Notes under the pieces: generated by a model
The model's input: the letters and a program-made list of their open reading frames with translations, nothing else
Told to the model about the DNA's origin: nothing
The model's database searches: none
Made by a program: the position numbers and the translations under genes
Assembly (NCBI RefSeq): GCF_006345805.1
Contig: NC_043012.1
Coordinates: 54,002,001 to 54,066,000 of the forward strand
DNA from: Octopus sinensis
Lineage: Eukaryota
Length of the DNA: 64,000 nt
Direction: 5' to 3'
In this document: positions 52,046 through 64,000 of the stretch, piece after piece
How positions within the stretch are numbered: position 1 is the first letter of the stretch
Layout: each line of letters opens with the position of its first letter

Positions 52046-53364
52046 TATGTTTATTTATCAATCAATTGTCTTCTGTATAATATGAATGTTATAAACGTAT
52101 CTGAAACAGAATATATTTTTGATTTCGTTCCATAGTTTATCAGCCAATTGTCTTGAGAATAATATAAATATTGCGTGTGGAAGAGATTAAGTTTTCGATA
52201 TCATTGAATACTTAAAGCGCTACAACACGCGTAGAGAATAGATTCTAATAGATTTCCTGTAAAGACCGACGGTTTTGCAGAATTGATAGAATGGCAAATT
52301 ATATTTCTTGAAACCTTCAATTATAAAAATTTTGAGTTCAAATCCTACCAATCTCTTCTTTAAATCACTGGACTGCGGCCATGCTGGTGCACTGCCTAGA
52401 AAATTTTTTAGTTGAATGTATCAATGTCATAGTGCTATTTTCCTCACAGACGGTGCCCAATTAATTGACCCTACTGTACTGTGTAGAAAACAAAATCAAG
52501 AATTTTATGCTAAGCCCGGTGCTTATTTAATCCGTCTCTTTTGCCGAGCCGCTCAGTCATAGGACGTAAAAGCACCAACACCGGTTGCCAAGCGCTGGTG
52601 GAGGAGAAACAGAGACAAAGACACAGACACACAATCCAGTCACAAGGCTTTGGGTCGACCGACTGCGGTTATAGTAGAAGACACCTGTCTAAGGTGTCAC
52701 GCAGTGGGACTGAAACTGGAGCCATGTGGTCAGGAAGCAAGCTCCTTACCACCCAGCTACACCTGCTCCACAGTTGACAAAGCCTTTGATATTTCGCGAG
52801 GTAAGAAAAAATGTGTAACAAGGAAGTTGAAAGGATTTATTTAATTGTCTATGCCGTCACTCAAACATTTCTGACTTGACGGTTGTAAGAATTCACTGCT
52901 TTAAAGAATTTCATCAGATACGTCTTCTTTTTGTTTTATGTCTTTGCGTTGTGAAGTCAATTTCTACTGGTGTCGACCATGTCTTGTGTGTTTGTGTGTG
53001 TGTGTGTGGGGGGGGTGCTTGTGTGTGCTTGAGTGTGTGGGTGTGAGTTTGTAAGCGTAAACTCGTGTGTGTATTTGGATTTATGTATATACATTCATAT
53101 ATGTATAGTAGTATATATACGTGTATGTGTGTGTGTACGTGCGCGAAGAGACGTGTCCTACTTAGTGGTTAGGCTGTTGCACTCACGATCGCTACAGTGT
53201 GTGTTCGCTTTCCAGACCGGGCAGCGTGTTGTGTCATTTCACGTTTTTCCCGTCCCCTTTCGATCAGAGGGAGTGCTGACTTGCTCGCCTAGTCAGCAGG
53301 GTGGCGTCATCCGATGGCTAAAACGATGCAAAGCGCATTGGGACCAGCGATGGTTGGCCACGTG

Positions 53365-53422
<58 letters not shown>

Positions 53423-53885
53423 GATGCAGATATGCATCGTTAGAGAGATGTCCTCTTGGTATTAAAAAAAATCGCATTAAAGTCCGTTCGAACGGGACAG
53501 TCATGTTGAAGTGGCTATGAATATTAATTTGTAATACAACTACTGCGTTTATCTCTTAGAGCGATTTTAGAACTAGTACATTTTACTTGTTGCAAAATCA
53601 GTGACTGTGTGTCGCTTGAATTTATATACATTGCGAACAGATGAGGTGTCCAGTACCGAAGAGAGGCAGAAATAGCCCGAAACCAGACTAGTAATCTGCT
53701 CCTGTCGCTAATTGGTAGGGGTGCGCTCCCCTGCTCCCAATGTATTTGATGCAGGTATACATCATTAACCAGCTAGAGGATATGTTCTTTTTGGGTTAAA
53801 AAACTCGCAGTAAGTCCATTACATGCTAGTTCATCTCTTAGATTTTAGAAATAGCTTTTTTGCTTGTATATACATATATATATAT

Positions 53886-54075
53886 AGGGGGGAGAATTCA
53901 CAAAAAAAAAAGCAAAAGACGAAGACAGGTGATGTAGACAACAAACAGATGTATTAGTTTAACGCTCGGGAAGTGAAAAAGTCCTTAACGTTTCGAGCCT
54001 ACGCTCTTCCACAGAAAGGAACACAGAAACAAACAAGGAGAGAAAATAAAGAATGTGTAGTGGCTAGCGATCTAT
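53886..54075 (-). mobile_element. Family P1 copy
   Basis: Contains cgtttcgagcctacgctcttccacagaaag and begins at a (TA)n tract. Confidence 0.75.
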
Positions 54076-54826
54076 CATGACAAACATATACACGTGTGTG
54101 TGTGTGTAGTAGAAGCAAAAGAGTGACTCAAGGAGAGGAAGTTACGTGCGTTAGCATTTTGATAAATGCTAAGGGATGGTGACGCATGGGGCGTGATATG
54201 TATCTTTGTGTGTATCTGTGTGGAATAGGGGTTGTGAATGCGCGCGCAAACATATACACACATACACGCATATATATGACGAGCTTGCGCACGATTTCCA
54301 TCTATCAAACACATTCACAAGGCTCTGGTTGTCCCGAGGTGATATAGCTATATAATAGAAGACATTTGTACAAGATCTCCCCTCAGTGAGATTAAATCCG
54401 ATACCACATGACTGCGAACTTCTCAACCACACAGAATTGCCTGTTCTACATACACACACACACACACACAGACGAAGCAGTAATATAAAGCTATCGATCC
54501 AGACATCTCACCCCGTTATCTATAAAATTACTATTTTTCTTCTAATGTTAGAAACCACTCATTCATTCGCTTTCATTCTACTCCTCGTAATTATCTTACT
54601 TCAATATTATTTCTATATCTTTTGTTGTTGTTGTCGTCGTTATAGTTTTCTCTTATTTCAAACTTTTTGTTAATCTGTTTATTACTGTTGTTATCTATAT
54701 TATTTTCTTTATATCTTTTTTCTTATTATTTCAGCAAAACTTGGTTTTCTTATACATTACTTTTCTCTTCTTCCTGATATTTCCTATCATTTCAAGTGTT
54801 CTTTTTACTTTCATTTACTCTTTCAG

Positions 54827-55038
54827 GCCGTTGTTTGAGCATGAAAGGAAAACTATTACAAACGCATAGAAACGCGATTGGCAGAACCAAAGCCACATTA
54901 ACGCTTACCCTATCAGATGAACACGTAACCAAACTAGTAACTGCTACTTTGAAATATCGACAAGGGTGGATGTATACAACAGTTCCGTGCTGGATGGTGG
55001 ATAGCAAGGAACTCACTTTCCACCTAGGCACAGCCTAA
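54827..55038 (+). CDS. ITIH-like gene, terminal coding exon
   Basis: Long pyrimidine tract and tttcAG acceptor. (G)RCLSMKGKLLQTH...YRQGWMYTTVPCWMVDSKELTFHLGTA-stop (TAA at 55036-55038); the VPCW motif is typical of ITIH C-termini. In frame with the previous exon. Confidence 0.85.
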
Positions 55039-55059
55039 TGCACAAACTCTCATTAAGGT

Positions 55060-57290
<2,231 letters not shown>

Positions 57291-57654
57291 GTATATAGAC
57301 AATAAAAGATCTCTATTTAATACTTTTGCTTCTTAATGAAAAGCGACCAACAAATTTTGATTACATATATTATGGTATCGATTTCTGACAATTAATAAAA
57401 TTGTATTGGTTTTTATTTACTTGCTTCGAATTAAATAAATTATCGTTTCACATTTCGGAAAATGTGTTATTTTCTCTAACAAAACTGGTATAATGTTACA
57501 TTTGTTCTTTCCAGGATTAAATATTGCATATCTGCATAATCATACACATATCTACACGCATACACAAACACACAAGCACGCGCACACTCACAGAGGAACA
57601 CACAGACGTATAAGAATACATACAGATATCATTGACTGACTGACTGACTGGCAC

Positions 57655-58028
57655 TTCGTCAGTTACGACGATGAGTGTTCCAGTTGATCCGATCAACGGA
57701 ACAGCCTGCTAGTAAAATTGACATGCAAGTGGCTGAGCACTCCACAGACACGTGTACCCTTAACGTAGTTCTCAGGGAGATTCAGCGTGACACAGAGTGT
57801 GACAAGGCTGGCCCCTTTGAAATACAGGTACAACAGAAACAGGAAGAAAGAGTGAGAGAACGTTAAGTGAAAGAGCACAGCTGGGTTCACCACCAGCCCC
57901 TGGCGGAGCTTCGTGGAGCTTTAGGTGTTTTCGCTCAATAAACACTCACAACGCCTGGTCTGGGAATCGAAACCGCGATCCTAAGACCGCGAGTCCGCTG
58001 CCCTAACCACTGGGTCATTGCGCCTCCA
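57655..58028 (-). mobile_element. SINE family C, body type 2
   Basis: Homologous to 1990-2330, with a (cagt)n tail. Confidence 0.88.
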
Positions 58029-58694
58029 CATACATATATCCATGCATAATACATACATACATACGCAAGCACACACGCACACTTGCACGCACATAAGGTC
58101 TCAGACAGACAAACGCTGTCTCCGTAACAGACTTAGTGAAAACTCATTGCAAATTTTGCAAATAGCAACGAAAGAGCTTTCGTTTAACCAAGTGAAACAA
58201 ACAACTGATTTGTTAGTTGCGTGTATTTCACCAATTGACTAATAATAAAGAAGTTAAACTGAATCAGTGCCAGTGTTAATGATATTGTCATAATAAGTCT
58301 CTCTAGACACAACAAAATTTGTACAGACACATAATTTATTTGTGGGTTAACAAGGCAACCAATGGTTTCGTACAGAAGATCTTCACAATTGTTCAAGCAT
58401 GCAACAAGGAAACGGTAAAACTCTTCTCCATTTTGGATTATTCGCATCCAAAACGTATTACCTTATATCTGTGTTAATAAAATTTTTGTACATATTTTCT
58501 TATGTATTTTGTTTGATTTTTCACTTCAGCATTGGATATTATATGTTTTTGTTTGTTTTTTTAATATTTATTCTCGTAAAGTTGAGAGGATGTTTTTTCA
58601 TTAATTTCTAAAAATAATAGCTTAAAAACGTAACTCTCGCTTTCTTTCTGCCTTTCTCTTTCCCTTTCTCCCTTTCTTTCTCTTCCTCTCCTTC

Positions 58695-58731
<37 letters not shown>

Positions 58732-59051
58732 ATCTATCACTTCAGGTTACTTAAAATATATTTGTGACATATTTCAGCTTTTGAAAGCAAAGTCACTGCA
58801 GTTACCGTGGAGACGTACGTATCGGTCTGTAAGTCTGTCTACTACTGTCCTCTGTCGGATTCCCAGACTCGTTTCTAGCCCTTAGCCGTATTCAATATAT
58901 ATAATATGGACGTGCATATTATTAGATGCTCCCAGCATCTGATGAGGTTAACGTGTCCTACGCGTTCACGAAACTGTAGGTATTATTAAAACAATATTAT
59001 CTTCTACCAAATGTGATGAGTGCTACGAAATTGTTTCTGCTCAACTCACAC

Positions 59052-59151
59052 NNNNNNNNNNNNNNNNNNNNNNNNNNNNNNNNNNNNNNNNNNNNNNNNN
59101 NNNNNNNNNNNNNNNNNNNNNNNNNNNNNNNNNNNNNNNNNNNNNNNNNNN
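59052..59151. other. Assembly gap (100 N)
   Basis: Run of N. Confidence 1.
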
Positions 59152-59619
59152 GGAATATGCAAACAAAATTACGACAAGCATAGCAAAATACTCGAGTTTT
59201 TAATGATATCTGGCCATTAATAACTACACTGCCAGTATAACGTGTGTTACACAAAATCATGCGGACAAAATTCATATCAATTTTGGTGGTGATTTGGCAA
59301 CTATTTCCAGGAGGCCGAGAAAATAAGTGAATCTGTCGTCGGCTTATATAATGCTTCCATTCCGATTGTTGTGGCTATTTAATCGCAGGTCATGTCTGAT
59401 CATGCAGTAACACTCTAGATGTGATGCAGTCACCTTCTCTTTTTTAAACATAATTTTCTTGTATTTTTTCTTTTTTCTTTTGTCTGGAGAAGGCAATGGC
59501 CATGCCAATCAATCCACCTCGAATGAAGCTTTTAATCACCGGTCGCCGAAATAATAAAAGGTAAAGTTGGCTTTGACGAGATTTGAAAGAAATCAAAATA
59601 AATGCCACTCTCACAACTA

Positions 59620-60126
59620 CCGTAAATCCTCGAGTATAAACCATATTTTTCCCAAAATTTAAAGGTCAAAATCCCTAGTACGTATTATACACGAGGTTAA
59701 AAATGAAAATTATTTTCTAAGCAATGTCCGAGTCTCTATTTGCTGTCTGGCAATGTTTATTCAGACACATTTTGTGATGTCGGGTTCGAAAATACCTTAA
59801 GCTAAGCCTGAAGGCAATAAAGTCATAAAGAATCATCCATAACTTGCAGTAAGCAACATTTATTAAACGTTATTACTGTCATTTCTTTATTTTCTGCAAA
59901 CAAAATGCACAAAAAACTACACGTTTGCATTATGTTATATATACAATAATAACAAAGGACGTTACCATATACATTTTACAAACCAAGGATGTTATATAGA
60001 CCTCCTTGACTCAAGTTAGAGGAGGGGTGCGTATTATACACAAGGTTTAGGTTTTTCAGAGTTACAGCTCCCTAAAAATTCCCTGCGTATTATACTCAAG
60101 GGCGGGCAATACTCGAGGATTTACGG
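59620..60126. mobile_element. Tc1/mariner-superfamily (pogo/Tc2-like) MITE
   Basis: TIRs ccgtaaatcctcgagtat / atactcgaggatttacgg flanked by TA on both sides; internal repeats of cgtattatac(a/t)c(g/a)agg. Confidence 0.85.
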
Positions 60127-60459
60127 TATGTCAATTTTCCACCGTATAATGAATAACTACGATCGTATTAAACAAAGCGCCTTTTATTTTTAAGAGGGTA
60201 CGATGTGATTTGAGGGAGAATTTTGGTTGGTACTTGCAGTAGGTCATACGACCGAATCGAGGCTCTTGCGTTGTCTTGTTAGTATTTTCGTTGAAAGTAA
60301 CAGTGAACTGTAACGGTGCTACAGGAACCTTAACGAGAATAACGTAATTATGCCAAAGATGAAAGATATTCTTTATGAACGAGTGAACGCGTCATATCTT
60401 ATATGGCGCCGAATCAGGCCAAATGGATAAAGCTGCCTCACTGCACCATGTATGTACGG

Positions 60460-60478
60460 ATATATATATATATAATAT

Positions 60479-60525
<47 letters not shown>

Positions 60526-60579
60526 GTATGTATATATGTATACATATATATATGAACAATATAACACATATGTTATAAA

Positions 60580-60633
<54 letters not shown>

Positions 60634-60731
60634 GAATGTAAAAGATAGAGATGTAAAGATAGAGATTCTAAGAAGTAGCGCGGAACACAGCCACAGAGAG
60701 AGTGATAGGGTCATAATACAATAGACGTTGG

Positions 60732-60778
<47 letters not shown>

Positions 60779-60783
60779 CGATA

Positions 60784-60820
<37 letters not shown>

Positions 60821-61020
60821 GAGAGGGGGGAAGGGGGAGTGGAGGCTGAAGAGAGGAAAGAAAGAAAGAAAGAAAGAAAGAAAGAAAAAAAGCAAGAAAG
60901 AAAGAAAGAAAAAAGCAAGAAAGAAAGAAAGAAAGAAAAAAAGCAAGAAAGAAAGCAAGAAAGAAAGAAAGAAAGAAAGAAAGAAGGAAAGAAAGAAAGA
61001 AAGAAAAAAGACAATAAAAA
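60460..61020. repeat. (TA)n, (GATA)n and (GAAA)n microsatellites
   Basis: Directly visible. Confidence 0.95.
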
Positions 61021-62410
61021 AAGGAGAGGAAGAAAAAACGATGATGTAAAATCGCCATGCTGAACAGACGACATACTATATCGCGTTGTCGTTGTATCAT
61101 GTTACGAAATGAAAGAAGCAGACGACACCATGAAACAAGCTAATAAAAGAAGACAATACTATTTTATGTTGTAGACATGTTATTTTGGTGTGGTGGAGGA
61201 GAGGAAAAGTCCAACATTTTGGGCAGAACTCTTCGTCAGGGATGAAATGAAATGTATCATAAATATTTCATGAAAGGTTCTGCATGAAGAGCTAGACTTC
61301 TCGTCTTTCTTACACCAAACTATGAGCTTTTTGTGCTCAATATTTTTCGAAATATGGATTCAAATAATCGTTTTGGGTGGTGTGAGATAAAACACCAGTT
61401 AAGTTCTGATAGTCTCATCTATTCAAAATTTTCTGGCCTTATACCTAGATAAGAACTAGCTATTTGTCGCCGGAGCACAGCATCTGTTTCATCAGAATTA
61501 TGTTTTGTCTATTGTTAAATACCTTGTTTATTGTACATCATCGTCGTAATTATATTTTGTTGTTAGCTAAACAATACTAAAGATTAGTATTGGCAAAGAA
61601 ACAATATACTAATGATGGTTGATCTATTTTTGACAGGAGTTCGTAATGACCCCGAAATGATAGTGTTTTTGCGTGTGAGCATGTGTTTGTGTGAATGTGT
61701 TTACGATGTAAACAAATATAAGATTCTATAGCTAAGATTACCTATGTGCATATATATATATATAGAGAGAGAGAGAGAGGGGGGAGATAGAGGGAGAGAG
61801 AAAACAGAGACAGACATATACAGTCATAGGAATACACATATATACACGTATACATTAATTGACAAATATACATTCACAAGTATATACACGTATAAACATA
61901 CGGTGGTATGTACCGAACTGATATATACATATATTTATGTGTGTGCAAGCATATATATATATACACAGACACAGACACACACAAACACACATACATACAC
62001 CCAAACACACACATATACACTTACACATAAACAAACGCAAACACACACACATACACACTCACACACAATAATGTGTACCTACGAAGTAGTTTCAAATCGA
62101 CATTAACCATATGGCTATGCCTCCGATTATTGAGTTACTTAATTTCTAAACAATGTATCTATTTTTTTCCTTCACCAAAAAATATAGTGCTGCAGTGTTT
62201 CACTCGCCACAACTTTTGTAATTACGTTGAAATCTATGCTTCTCAGATGAGTCTATAAGGAGAGCAAAATATATTTGAATTCGTCTCTTCTATATGACGA
62301 AATAATACAGTCATTAATTGATATCATTTGATTATCTTTTTTATCATTTTTACCTCTCCGATTAATTATTTCTAGTTAACACTTATACTCCCACTGTATT
62401 TTTGCGCTCG

Positions 62411-62540
62411 CTTTGGTCATGACTAACTTGGGACTTCTCTGGTCCCTCTTTCGGGCTCTCTTTTGTCATGACTAACTAAGGGCTTCTGTGGTCACTCTTT
62501 TGGGCCCTCTTTGGTCATGACTAACTTGTGGCTTCTGTGC
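62411..62540. repeat. Minisatellite, unit of about 50 bp, 2.5 copies
   Basis: gtcatgactaact...cttct(c/g)tgg recurs near 62416, 62465 and 62514. Confidence 0.8.
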
Positions 62541-63839
62541 CTGAGGAGTTCCGTTTCAAGACACAAGGCCTGATGATTTAAAAAAAATTTTTGGTTGGCT
62601 TTTTGTTTGTTTGTTTTTACTACCATTTGCCCCGGCATGTAAGGCTCAGTCCTCCGCACTATCGATTATGTCCAGTGGAAGGCAAGGTTGATACGACTTA
62701 GCACCAGTACCATCGCAACCTCCTTTGCCTTCAGAACGCTGATAATCAAAACAGATGTCACAAAGCTAACAATTCCACGAATTCACCGCCTCTGATTTCA
62801 TTTATTTTTTACTGTTTCAGTCACTGGACTGTAGCCATTCTGTAGTCGAACAAATCGCCACCTTTACAACCAACAAGTACTTAGTTTTTTAAAGTCTAAT
62901 ATCTATTACATCGGACTCTTTTGCCGAACCGCTAGACTACAATGATGTAACTAACCAACAATCGGTGGTCAGAACAAACATAAAGGCATATATACTTACA
63001 TATATACAACGGGCTTCTACACAGTATTCTTCTACCAAATCCACTCACAAAGCTTTGTTTGATGCGGGGCCATTGTAGAAGGCACTTGCCCAAAGTGCCA
63101 TACTGTAGAGCTGAACCACAAACCACATGATTGCAAAGCTATCTTCTAAACCATACAGCCATAACTGAGCCAGGGCAGAATCGTTAGAACGCCGGACAAA
63201 ATGCTTAGCAGCATTTCGTCGGACTTTATGTTCTGAGTTCAAATTCCGTCGAGGTCGACTTTGCCCTTCATCCTTTTGGAGTCGCGGAAATAAGTACCAG
63301 TTGTGCATTGGAGTCGATGCAATCGCCAAACACACTGTGCACAAAATTTCAGGCCTTGTACCTATACTAGAAAGGATTACTATTATCATCAGATGTTGCT
63401 GCGTTGTAAGAAGCTTGCTTCCCAAACACATGGTTCCTGGTTCAGTGCCACTGTGTGACTTGGGCAAGTGCCTTCTACTACAGCCTGGAGTAGATCAAAG
63501 ACTTAAAACTGGGTTTGTTAGATGGCAACTGAAAGAACCCTGGCGAACATATGTGTGACATTTTGTGTTTGAACCTGTCCCCCACCACCGCTTTACAACC
63601 AGATTTGGTGTGTTTAAGTCCCCGTAACTTGACGTTTCGGCAAAAGAGGCCGATAAAATAATTACCAAGCTTAAGAAAGAAAAAATAGTACTGGAATCGA
63701 TTCATTCGACTAAAACTTCTCCAATGCGGTGCCCCAGCATGGCCGCCGTCTGATGACTGAAGCAAATAAAAGAAACAAAATAATAAAATCAATATCTGAC
63801 GCCGGATGCATTTAAATGAGGAACGAAGAGAATTAAAAA

Positions 63840-64000
63840 AAATACCTATTTCTTTACTACCCACAAGGGGCTAAACACAGAAAGGACAAACAAGGACAGA
63901 CAAACGGATTAAGTCGATTATATCGACTCCAGTGCGTAACTGGTACTTATTTAATCGACCCCGAAAGGATGAAAGGCAAAGTCGACCTCGGCGGAATTTG
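63840..64000 (-). mobile_element. SINE family A, cut by the window end
   Basis: Near-identical to 24319-24480. Confidence 0.85.

Noticed and set aside
62411-62540. Repeat with spacer-like spacing suggestive of a CRISPR array
   Set aside because: The intervening sequences are homologous to each other, there are no cas genes and the context is eukaryotic; it is a minisatellite.

Overview
AT-rich, microsatellite-laden eukaryotic DNA. The SINE complement and repeat landscape look like an Octopus (coleoid cephalopod) genome, which is my inference. There are two 100-N assembly gaps. One protein-coding gene can be reconstructed by hand on the + strand: the last five coding exons (9706-9823, 24252-24296, 38963-39079, 42466-42825, 54827-55038; 852 nt, 283 aa plus stop, all GT-AG and phase-compatible) of an inter-alpha-trypsin inhibitor heavy chain (ITIH)-like gene that keeps the GDPH Asp-Pro cleavage motif. 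The introns are filled with three tRNA-derived SINE families, RTE and CR1-like LINE remnants, MITEs (Merlin/hAT-like, pogo/Tc2-like, mariner-like, Helentron-like) and large (TA)n arrays. The most striking unannotated signal is a dense set of type I hammerhead ribozyme motifs (about 20, intact to degenerate, in several unrelated sequence families). They sit in short elements that abut (TA)n tracts, often as inverted pairs, and carry recurrent core variants (U4C, A6U, U3-A8, extra A after A9). This is consistent with Penelope-like retroelement derivatives. One motif with a complete canonical core lies in sense orientation in an ITIH intron (40115-40211). Almost all ORFs in the supplied track are microsatellite or SINE artefacts. 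Repeat boundaries are approximate and were read by eye.
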